Source: an uncultured Syntrophaceae bacterium (lineage in GTDB: Bacteria; Desulfobacterota; Syntrophia; Syntrophales; PHBD01). From it: a stretch of DNA of 64,000 nucleotides. Shown here one piece after another: positions 27,377-40,871 of the stretch (position 1 is the stretch's first letter; each line of letters starts with the position of its first letter). A program made the translations under genes and the position numbers. The stretch is taken from contig CAZODI010000012.1 of NCBI GenBank assembly GCA_964578535.1, forward strand, positions 20,183-84,182. Direction: 5' to 3'. The notes under the pieces were generated by a model that saw only the letters and a list, made by a program, of their open reading frames with translations, made no database searches and had not been told where the DNA came from.

Positions 27377-28216
27377 ATGATCATCCGCTGCTGGGGGGCC
27401 CGGGGATCGATCCCCGTATCCGGGAGCGAGTATCTCAAGTACGGCGGGGATACAACCAGTATCGAGATCCGGACGAAGAGCAACGACGTCATCCTGATCG
27501 ACGCCGGCTCCGGAATCCGGCGGCTGGGCAACCAGCTCATGGCCGAAGGCGTAAACTCCTTTACCATGATCTTCACCCATGCCCACTGGGACCATCTCAT
27601 GGGCTTCCCCTTCTTCAAGCCCATCTATTTCCCGAAGATCACCATCGCCATGTATGGCTGCTCCTACGCCCAGTCCTCCCTGAAGGAAATCATCTCCCGG
27701 GTCATGGAACCTCCCCATTTTCCTGTCAATTTCGAAGACATCCGGGCGGATATCCTCTATCACGAGGCCTGCGTCGAGGAGTTCCGGATCAACTCCGTCA
27801 CCATCAGTACCATCCCGATCAGCCATCCGAACCAGGGAGAGGGGTTCAAGTTCGAAGAGGACGGAAAGACCTTTGTCTTCCTGACGGACAACGAGCTCAT
27901 GTACAAGCATCCGGGCGGGTGTGATTTTCAAGACTACATGGCATTCTCCCGGGGCGCGGACCTGCTGATCCACGACGCCGAGTACACGGAGACGGAATAC
28001 CTCCGCACGCGGGCCTGGGGGCACTCGGTCTACACGGACGCCCTGAATCTGGCCCTGGAGGCGGGCGTACAGCGTCTTGGCCTGTTCCACCACAACCAGG
28101 AGCGTTCCGACGACCAGGTGGATGCCATCGTGCAGGACTGCCGCCGCCTCATCAAGCGGGAAGGACGAAAAATGGACTGCTTCGCCCTCCACCAGAACAT
28201 GGAAATCAAGATTTAA
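27377..28216 (+). CDS. MBL-fold metallo-hydrolase
   Basis: 279 aa from ATG 27377 (RBS GGAGGG). HxHxDH motif (THAHWDH) and later His/Asp ligand contexts (ISHPN, IHDAEY, HHNQE). Confidence 0.85.
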   Translation: MIIRCWGARGSIPVSGSEYLKYGGDTTSIEIRTKSNDVILIDAGSGIRRLGNQLMAEGVNSFTMIFTHAHWDHLMGFPFFKPIYFPKITIAMYGCSYAQSSLKEIISRVMEPPHFPVNFEDIRADILYHEACVEEFRINSVTISTIPISHPNQGEGFKFEEDGKTFVFLTDNELMYKHPGGCDFQDYMAFSRGADLLIHDAEYTETEYLRTRAWGHSVYTDALNLALEAGVQRLGLFHHNQERSDDQVDAIVQDCRRLIKREGRKMDCFALHQNMEIKI

Positions 28217-28302
28217 CCCGCCCCAGGCCCGCCCGCGGCGCACCCGACGACGACCGGGCATGGGGCAAAAAGCCTCTGAGAAAGGAAGGAAGGAGACCGA
28301 CG

Positions 28303-28707
28303 ATGAAACGGAATGCGAGAAAAACGGCCCGCGGCCTGGTCCCGCTGGCGATATTCTGGACGATCCTGGCAGGGGTATGGCTTCTCCCCTGCGGCGTTGC
28401 CCAGGCCCATGCACCCGGCGATGTGAAGTGCAGCTACGACGCCGCATCCCAGACACTCCAGGTGACCATCACCCACTCCTCTCCGATTCCGACCTCCCAC
28501 TACATCAAGAACGTGGAGATCAGGAAAGACAAAAAGGTTATCGTCTCCCAGGACTACAAGAGCCAGCCGGAAGCACCGGCCTTTTCCTACAGCTACCGCA
28601 TCCAGCTCGCTCCCGGAGACGTTCTGGACGTGAAGGCGACCTGCAATCTCTGGGGTTCGAAAACCGTAAAATACACCGTCCCGGCGGCGAACCCGGCATC
28701 AAAATAG
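28303..28707 (+). CDS. exported small beta-rich protein with superoxide-reductase-like (desulfoferrodoxin Fe-domain-like) motifs
   Basis: 134 aa with a strong RBS. Sec-type signal peptide with predicted cleavage AQA/HAPGD. Spacing of HAP..., THSS...SHYI and CNLWG recalls the SOR centre II ligand order (KHVP, HP..HYI, CN.HG), but the last His is Trp. Confidence 0.55.
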   Translation: MKRNARKTARGLVPLAIFWTILAGVWLLPCGVAQAHAPGDVKCSYDAASQTLQVTITHSSPIPTSHYIKNVEIRKDKKVIVSQDYKSQPEAPAFSYSYRIQLAPGDVLDVKATCNLWGSKTVKYTVPAANPASK

Positions 28708-29106
28708 ATGAATCCTCTCCTGATCCATGGTCTCCTCATGGGATCGGGACTCGGCCTGATGGCCGCGGCCGGCTTCATTTCCCGCTTCCTCAAGCGCAGG
28801 CGCTGGTGGCTGAAGGCGCACCGGGCGCTGGGAATCGCCGGTGCGGCCGTGCTGATTCCCGGGGCCGTCACCGCCTTTCGTCTCGTGGAGGCATCCTCCG
28901 GGGTCCATCTCGATGCGCCCCACACCTGGTTTGGAGCCGCCGCGCTCTCCCTGTCCTGGACCGCCCCGATCCTCGGCCTCCTGGCGTTCCGGATCCGCGC
29001 CCATGCCGTCCGGCTCCGCACGCTGCATCGCTGGACGGGCCGCCTCGCCCTGGCGGCGGCGTTCCTGGCCGCCCTCTCGGGCCTTCGGCTGGCGGGAGTA
29101 TTCTGA
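28708..29106 (+). CDS. 4-TM membrane protein with one His at the start of each helix (possible di-heme b-type)
   Basis: 132 aa. Its ATG abuts the upstream TAG (TAGATG). His7, His48, His82 and His117 open the four predicted helices. The Arg/Lys-rich loops 1 and 3 place two His near each membrane face. Confidence 0.55.
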   Translation: MNPLLIHGLLMGSGLGLMAAAGFISRFLKRRRWWLKAHRALGIAGAAVLIPGAVTAFRLVEASSGVHLDAPHTWFGAAALSLSWTAPILGLLAFRIRAHAVRLRTLHRWTGRLALAAAFLAALSGLRLAGVF

Positions 29107-29247
29107 ATCCGACCCGGCCGCCGCACACCGGACACGAAGCAAGACCGGAACTCGACGTTTCGGGGCTCCCTCCATTCGCCGCCGTCGGGAAATCCGCACC
29201 GGCCGCCGTTGGGAATATTCTCGTATTATTAACAAGTTATTTCCGCC

Positions 29248-29276
29248 TTGACAACCGGAGGGCTCTCCCCTATATA
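29248..29276 (+). promoter_or_regulatory. near-consensus sigma-70 promoter upstream of carB paralog
   Basis: TTGACA (29248-29253), a 17-nt spacer, then TATATA (29271-29276). This leaves a leader of about 115 nt that begins with the perfect palindrome CAACCGGTTG (29281-29290). Confidence 0.45.
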
Positions 29277-29396
29277 TCGCCAACCGGTTGACCGATCTCC
29301 ACAGCAATCCTCCCGGAAATCTGTACGTTATCGTCGACGGTCCATTCCGACAGAAAGCCGTCCCGCCCCCGGTGCGGCGGAAAGACAGAGGAAACC

Positions 29397-32597
<3,201 letters not shown>

Positions 32598-32626
32598 CCG
32601 GTGTCGTTCGAGGAGGCAAGAAGGTC

Positions 32627-34003
32627 ATGGGAGGCGAGATCAAAGACAACTGCGGCGTGTTCGGGATCTATTCGACCCGGCCCTGCGTCTACGACATTTA
32701 CAACGGCCTCGATTTCATCCAGCACCGCGGACAGGAATACTGCGGGATCGCCACCTATGACGGCCGGATCCACCAGGTGACCCACCACGGCAAGGTCGGC
32801 AGCTCCTTCAGTACCGAGGACCTCTCCTACCTGCACGGGAACTGGGGCATCGGCCACGTGAGCCTCTGGGAGCGCCAGCCCATGAGCTGGCAATCCAAGG
32901 TGGGAGACATCTCCCTGGCCTTCAGCGGCAACATCATCAACGCCGAGGAACTCGTCGCCGACCTCAAGCAGCAGGGACACGCCTTCTATCGCGGATACAA
33001 CATTGAGGTCATTGCCAAGATCATCATGGAGTCCTCGGACATCCTGACGGGGATCAACTCCCTGGCGGAGCGGATCCGGGGGGCTTACTGCCTGGTGATC
33101 CTGGCGAAGGAAGGAATCTATGCGACCCGCGACCCATACGGGTTCCGGCCCCTGATCCTCGGCCGGGACGGGGAGCGGACCGCCGTCAGCTCCGAGTCGC
33201 GGGCCCTGCAGAACCTGGAGATGGAGATCCTCCGGGACGTCCGCCCGGGAGAGACGGTCCTCATCGACGGCCACGGATTCCGCACCGTCGCCCAGATCCC
33301 GTCGCCCCGCAAGGCGCACTGCGCCTTCGAGTGGGCCTACACGGCCAGCATCGACTCCATCATCGACGGCCTGTACGTCCAGGAGGCCCGCAACTGCATC
33401 GGCCGGAGCCTGGCCCGCCGGGACCGCGAAGAAGGCAGCCCGCAGGCGGACCTGGTTTCGCCCGTGCCCATGTCCGGAATCGGACACGCCGTGGGCTACC
33501 ACCAGGAATCCGGCATCCCCTACCAGGAGGTTTTCCTCTACAACCGGTACGCCGACCGGAGCTACACCCAGTCGACCCAGGACGCCCGGAGCCGCATGGC
33601 CAAGCGCAAACTCTCGGTGCTGCGGTACGCCGTGAAGGGAAAGCGGATCGTCATCTGCGACGACTCGATCGTCCGGGGGACGCAGATCCTTTACAAAGTG
33701 AGGGACCTGAAGGAGGCCGGGGCCGAGGAGGTCCATGTGCGGATTGCCTGCCCGCCCCTGATGTACCCTTGCGATTTCGGCATCTCCACCCGGTCGTACG
33801 ACGAACTGACGGCCCGGAGCTTCTTCCGGACCGGCGATATCGAGTCGATGGACCAGTTGCGGGAACTGGAGCGGTGGGTGGCGGACCAGATCGGGGCCGA
33901 TTCGGTCAAGTACAACAGTACCGAGGCCTTCGTGGCCGCCCTGGGGCTGCCCCGCGGGGACCTGTGCCTGAAATGCTTTGACGGCAGCGTTCCGATCCCC
34001 TGA
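32627..34003 (+). CDS. amidophosphoribosyltransferase-like protein (divergent PurF paralog)
   Basis: 458 aa from ATG 32627 (RBS GAGGAGG). Ntn propeptide then CGVFG. PRPP loop RIVICDDSIVRGTQ. Cys-containing C-terminal segments (CPPLMYPCDFG, CLKC). Glutamine-site positions differ from the canonical copy at 56091. Confidence 0.85.
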   Translation: MGGEIKDNCGVFGIYSTRPCVYDIYNGLDFIQHRGQEYCGIATYDGRIHQVTHHGKVGSSFSTEDLSYLHGNWGIGHVSLWERQPMSWQSKVGDISLAFSGNIINAEELVADLKQQGHAFYRGYNIEVIAKIIMESSDILTGINSLAERIRGAYCLVILAKEGIYATRDPYGFRPLILGRDGERTAVSSESRALQNLEMEILRDVRPGETVLIDGHGFRTVAQIPSPRKAHCAFEWAYTASIDSIIDGLYVQEARNCIGRSLARRDREEGSPQADLVSPVPMSGIGHAVGYHQESGIPYQEVFLYNRYADRSYTQSTQDARSRMAKRKLSVLRYAVKGKRIVICDDSIVRGTQILYKVRDLKEAGAEEVHVRIACPPLMYPCDFGISTRSYDELTARSFFRTGDIESMDQLRELERWVADQIGADSVKYNSTEAFVAALGLPRGDLCLKCFDGSVPIP

Positions 34004-34073
34004 GAGCCGTGGTTTCCCGGGCGGTTGCGCTCTGCAACGGCAACCCGCCTGTCACCGTCCCCCTGGAGACGCT

Positions 34074-35273
34074 TCAGACCTTGAAGACTCCTCCGTCGTA
34101 GACAACGACGTTCTTCCCTGTTTTCAGCCTGGCCGTCACGGTCTTGTTCTCCGTGTTCACGAGATCCCAGTGGAGGGCCGAATCGTTGAAGCCCAGGGCC
34201 TTCTTCTTTTCCCTTGTCAGTTCCGCCGGGTTTCCCGAGTAGGTGTCCGAATAGGACGACCCGACGGCCACGTGGCAGTTCCCGAAGGCCCCTCCGTGGT
34301 TCTCGTCGAAGAGCGTGTCCGCCATGAAGCGGCCGATCCGGGAGAACCGGCGGTCCGTCAGGGAGAACTCCCCTACCCGGCTCGCCCCCCGGTCCATGGC
34401 GAGCTGCTTCCGGACGAACTCCGCCCCCGTGGCGGCCTGGATGCCGACGGCCACGCCTTTCCGGAAGGTCAGCCGGACCCCATCCACGTAGTTGCCGCTC
34501 CGGTAGGAAGGAAGGTTCGCGTAATACGTCCCCTCGGTTCCACGCCAGTCCGGAGACAGGAAGACTTCGTAGCTCGGGATGTTGTGCCCCGAAACGCCGG
34601 CCCATTTCCTCTGCTCCCCCGGTACGACCGTCAGATCCATGTTCGCCGACTCGACGCGGAAGGACTTCACGGGCAGGCTGCCCAGCCACGTCTTGATGCG
34701 GCCGATTTCCCGGTGGATCCAGGACCACTTCCGGACGGGATCCTCCTCGTCGAGCCAGCAGGCCCGGACGATCTCGTTCTCGTAGGTCTTCGGGGTCGTC
34801 TTCGCCTGGAGGGCCAGCTCCTTCGTCGGATACGTGCAGAGGGTCCAGCCGTAGTGCCCCTCCTCTTCCCGGCGATCCAGGATGTCCTTCAGGGACTTGC
34901 GGGCCACCAGGACCTTCCCGATCCGGAGGGGATCGATCTCCTTCAGGTGCGTCAGCGACTCCGGCGCCCGCAGGAAAATCCGTCCATTGACCCGCTCCAG
35001 AAGCTCCCTTTCCCCCGGGGCGATGAAGGTCAGCTGGCGTCCCGATGATTTCTCGAAAAACATCCTCTCCATGCGAAACGTCAGCCCCATCCTCTGGACC
35101 GGGGACATCCCGCGATCCAGGACGCGGGCATACAGAAGCTCGGCCAGAGGCAGTGCCGGCGGGTCATACTGGATCAGGACAAGATCCCCTTTCCGGAATT
35201 TCCCTTTCCGGGCGGTTTCCAATCCCCACAGAAGAACATCCGCATAGCGCTCCAACCGGGTATCCGTCAGCAT
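34074..35273 (-). CDS. M29-family (AmpS/PepS-like) aminopeptidase
   Basis: 399 aa from ATG 35273, inside an 887-aa ORF. C-terminal FDENHGGAFGNCHVAVGSSY and NDSALHWDLV are typical of thermophilic metalloprotease M29. Confidence 0.85.
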   Translation of the reverse strand: MLTDTRLERYADVLLWGLETARKGKFRKGDLVLIQYDPPALPLAELLYARVLDRGMSPVQRMGLTFRMERMFFEKSSGRQLTFIAPGERELLERVNGRIFLRAPESLTHLKEIDPLRIGKVLVARKSLKDILDRREEEGHYGWTLCTYPTKELALQAKTTPKTYENEIVRACWLDEEDPVRKWSWIHREIGRIKTWLGSLPVKSFRVESANMDLTVVPGEQRKWAGVSGHNIPSYEVFLSPDWRGTEGTYYANLPSYRSGNYVDGVRLTFRKGVAVGIQAATGAEFVRKQLAMDRGASRVGEFSLTDRRFSRIGRFMADTLFDENHGGAFGNCHVAVGSSYSDTYSGNPAELTREKKKALGFNDSALHWDLVNTENKTVTARLKTGKNVVVYDGGVFKV

Positions 35274-35424
35274 GTCCTCTTCCCTCCCTCGAAAAGTAGG
35301 GGAAAGGTAGCAGAAAAAGCGGGATTTGGCAAAGAGGACGGGGGGCGGGCAGGCCTTCCCCCGGGGTCGCCAGCGCCAGTGGAGAGAGGCGCGGCGGGAC
35401 CCGCCGAAAAGGGCCAATTTTGTG

Positions 35425-35454
35425 TTGACAAGATTGTCCCTTTCCGTGTAGTTG
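35425..35454 (+). promoter_or_regulatory. weak sigma-70-like promoter with overlapping palindrome upstream of nrpR
   Basis: TTGACA (35425-35430), with only a poor -10 (TAGTTG) 18 nt downstream. The palindrome GACAA-GA-TTGTC (35427-35438) overlaps the -35. Confidence 0.25.
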
Positions 35455-35480
35455 CGTCGGCAAAGGATGGCCGATTGCCG

Positions 35481-37953
<2,473 letters not shown>

Positions 37954-37981
37954 AACGAAGTCCAAGGTTCCGAACGCGAAA

Positions 37982-38017
37982 GGACGGCCGCGGAATTCCC
38001 GCGGCCGTCCCTGTTTT
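37982..38017 (+). terminator. rho-independent terminator of gdhA
   Basis: Perfect 12-bp stem GGACGGCCGCGG-AATTC-CCGCGGCCGTCC followed by CTGTTTT. Confidence 0.7.
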
Positions 38018-38094
38018 CATGCCTCCACCGGCACCCCGGCATTCGCCGGTTCGCCCCTCTTCTCCGCCGACCCGGGGCCGGCTTCCCGCATCCC

Positions 38095-40686
38095 TCATTC
38101 CCGGGCGTATACGATCAGCTTCTGCGTCACGACGTTCGACATGAGCCGGAGGTTCCGCTCCCGCACGTCGTAGACGCGCACCACTTCCCCGTAGGCGCCG
38201 TCCCTGGGGGACAGTTCCGAGAGGCGGTTGGGAAAGGCCGAGAGCCACGCCGGATTGAAGTAGACGTTCTCCTTTTCGGGATAGATGGCCATATAGAAGA
38301 TCTCCATCTCCACAAGGTCCTGGAAGAAATGGGTCCCGAAGGAGAGATCGGGGATCAGGCTTCCGTCCCGGTAGGCGATCTCGGCAATGGCGGTGATGTT
38401 GTTGATCTCCGAGAAGGTCACGGGGACCCCCATGGCCGGCGTCGTCGTTCCCCATCGACCCGGTCCCAGGAGTGCCGTGGGCCTTTCCTCCCGGTTCTCC
38501 ACGAGCTTGTTGAGCCGGCCGATGATGCGGGCCACATCGTATTTTTCCGAGAGGGACAATTTTGTATAGCCCTGGGGATCGATGTAGATCACGTGGGAAA
38601 TGGGCTGCGAGACGCTTCCGCCCATGAAGTTTCCCTCCTGCCGGATGAGCACCCGCTCCTTCCGGACCCTGGCCGGGATCTCCACCTGGGCCGTCTGCCC
38701 CCGCGTCTGGAACGGCCGGCATTGCAGCAGGTTGACCTGCAGGTTCCCCTGGGCGTTGAAGTTGGCCGTAAACTCAATGTCAACCGGATATTCGTAAACC
38801 CTTTCGAGCGTCTTGAGCATCCGGGACATGGTATCGGGAAAATCCGTCGTCGAGAGGAGCTCGTCGAAGGTCAGGATCCAGATGTCCGTTTCGGGCCTGC
38901 CCAGGGCCCGCAGGCGGTCCGCAGACTCCATGTCACGGGTGCCCACCAGGTCCAGCCTCGCGTCCAGGCCCTCCTGGACCACCTGCACCAGCGGCAGAGA
39001 CTGGAAGCGGTTTTCCTCCAGGTTGAGCACGTCCACATCGTGCTGGGAGAACCGCCGGGCGTCGTCAAGCCCCGAATGGGCCTTCAGAAGGGGATCGTCG
39101 AGAGCCACGATCCGCGGATAATCGTTTTCCACCCGGTTGACCGCCCGGGTTCCCAGCCCCAGGACCAGACGGAGCATTCCGGCCTTGGGATCGAGGCCCT
39201 GTTTCCAGACGAAGGTGTTGTGGGAAAGACCGACCCCTGCCAGCTCCGGGAAGAAATAATGCTTCCGGTAGGATCCGGACACCCGCTGGACGAGGAGGGC
39301 CATCTGCTCGTCCTGCTGGTCCAGGCCCCGCTGAAGCCGGTAGGTCAGGGCATCGACATTCATGGTGCTGGCGAAGATGCGCCGCACCGCCTCCTCGAAA
39401 AGCTCGTAGCGCTGCTCCGGCGTGCCCTGGTTGGCGCAGAAATAGCTCTCGTACTTGCCCGCGAAGGCATTGCCGAAGGCGTCTTCCAGCAGGCTGCTGG
39501 AGCGGACGATGATGGGGGACTGGCCGAAATACTCGAGCATCAACTGGAACTGCTCCCGCACCTCCTCCGGGAAAACACCCCGGAGCATGACGTTCCGAAG
39601 CTCACCGGCGCACTCGAAATAGCCTTCCTTGGTCTTCTGCGCCATCAGGAGCTTCCACCAGCCGTTCTGAACGATGTAGGAGTAAAAGACATCGGATCCG
39701 ATATAAAAGGAATCATGCCGTTCCAGCTTGCCGTCCCAGTCGAAGGACCGGTCCTTCCGAAGGACGTTCCGGGCCAGGAGCATGCCGACGGACTTTCCGC
39801 CGATGAATCCCGTTCCGATAAGGCGTTCGTGGATCTCCAGCAGATCCTCCAGGGTGAAATAATCCCTGGCCAGGGACAGCATGCGCTTCTCCCGCCCGAT
39901 GAGGACCCGGGAGAGCTGGTCCACCATGCCGTGTTTCGCTTCCCTTGCCCCGGGGTCCTGTGCCAGTTCGCGGGCCTGCATGAAGATGCGGTCCCAGTAA
40001 TCCAGGTTCCGCTCGGCACCGACGGATCCCTTGTGGGCCAGGAAGGCGAACAGGTTGGTGGCGTCGACGCTGTTCATGATCGGCGTGAAGCGGCCGTTGG
40101 TCTGAATGTGGGGAAGGAACATGGTGGGCGAATAGCGGTGCCAGGCCTTGAGGGGGTGGACGCACATCTTTCCCTTGTAATTGTAGATGTCCAGGAGCAC
40201 CTGGGTGGTCTCCCGGATGCGGGCGACCGTCTTGAAGGAGTGCCGGCTCCGGAGAATGGCGAAATAGGCGACGGTGTTCAACTCGAAGAGGTACGGGCAG
40301 GTGATGACGAAGAAATTGCCGATCATCAGGTCCGTGGCCCAGGCGTGCAGGAGGTCCGAAAGGCAGTCGAAGACATAGAAAACATCCCGTCCCTCCTTGC
40401 GGATGATGTTGTGGACCTGCGTGGAGAAGGACTCGAACCCCATGTCGGCGTTGAGCTTGTAGATGGTCACCTGGCCCGTGGGCTCCAGGAGCGGCGCATG
40501 GCGGGCGAAGCGCATGTAGACGACCCGCTCGTTGTTCTCGAGGGCTGTCTTGACAAAGGGAAGGACGAAGGAGCGGTAGTCCTCCATGTCGTCCACCTGG
40601 AGCACCACATTGTCTCCTGTCTGGAGGTAGTTGAGGACGTTGTCGAGCCCCTCGATGCCGGTCGAGACCCGGGAAAAGGATACCAT
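38095..40686 (-). CDS. degenerate KaiC/RecA-like domain fused to PEP/pyruvate-binding (PPDK-N, ATP-grasp) domain protein
   Basis: 863 aa from ATG 40686 (the ORF runs to 40731). The N-terminus STGIEGLDNVL is KaiC/RadA-like, but no GxxGxGK[ST] P-loop follows. A central IIVRSSSLLEDAFGNAFAGKYESY matches the PPDK/PEP-synthase nucleotide-binding domain. No swivel-His or PEP-utiliser TIM domain was seen. Confidence 0.8.
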   Translation of the reverse strand: MVSFSRVSTGIEGLDNVLNYLQTGDNVVLQVDDMEDYRSFVLPFVKTALENNERVVYMRFARHAPLLEPTGQVTIYKLNADMGFESFSTQVHNIIRKEGRDVFYVFDCLSDLLHAWATDLMIGNFFVITCPYLFELNTVAYFAILRSRHSFKTVARIRETTQVLLDIYNYKGKMCVHPLKAWHRYSPTMFLPHIQTNGRFTPIMNSVDATNLFAFLAHKGSVGAERNLDYWDRIFMQARELAQDPGAREAKHGMVDQLSRVLIGREKRMLSLARDYFTLEDLLEIHERLIGTGFIGGKSVGMLLARNVLRKDRSFDWDGKLERHDSFYIGSDVFYSYIVQNGWWKLLMAQKTKEGYFECAGELRNVMLRGVFPEEVREQFQLMLEYFGQSPIIVRSSSLLEDAFGNAFAGKYESYFCANQGTPEQRYELFEEAVRRIFASTMNVDALTYRLQRGLDQQDEQMALLVQRVSGSYRKHYFFPELAGVGLSHNTFVWKQGLDPKAGMLRLVLGLGTRAVNRVENDYPRIVALDDPLLKAHSGLDDARRFSQHDVDVLNLEENRFQSLPLVQVVQEGLDARLDLVGTRDMESADRLRALGRPETDIWILTFDELLSTTDFPDTMSRMLKTLERVYEYPVDIEFTANFNAQGNLQVNLLQCRPFQTRGQTAQVEIPARVRKERVLIRQEGNFMGGSVSQPISHVIYIDPQGYTKLSLSEKYDVARIIGRLNKLVENREERPTALLGPGRWGTTTPAMGVPVTFSEINNITAIAEIAYRDGSLIPDLSFGTHFFQDLVEMEIFYMAIYPEKENVYFNPAWLSAFPNRLSELSPRDGAYGEVVRVYDVRERNLRLMSNVVTQKLIVYARE

Positions 40687-40799
40687 GGACAGAAACCCCC
40701 TTTTCGAAATTGCCGACTCATTCTTTATCAAATTTCATACCAGAAATGGTTTTCTTCTCCCATTGCCAATTTAAACGAAAATGTATAGAAGGGATTCGT

Positions 40800-40827
40800 T
40801 GGCACACTTTTTGTTCATTTTTGTCCA
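40800..40827 (+). promoter_or_regulatory. sigma-54-like -24/-12 element or EBP half-sites upstream of the activator gene (ambiguous)
   Basis: TGGCAC-ACTTT-TTGT (GG-N10-GT, so the -12 is off consensus) at 40800-40814. It overlaps the tandem 10-mers TTTTTGTTCA and TTTTTGTCCA (40808-40827), which resemble the TTTTTGTGCC half-site of the glt UAS. Confidence 0.3.
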
Positions 40828-40871
40828 TTAACAACCGCCGCGGCGGATCCGAGACAACCCGGAGGAACCTT

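Noticed and set aside
35195-35209. I searched for the methanogen NrpR operator GGAA-N6-TTCC near nrpR, gdhA, glt, glnN and amtB. The closest hit is GGAA-TTTCCCT-TTCC.
   Set aside because: The spacing is 7 nt, not 6. The site also lies inside the coding region of the M29 aminopeptidase, not in a promoter. No GGAA-N6-TTCC was seen in the relevant intergenic regions.
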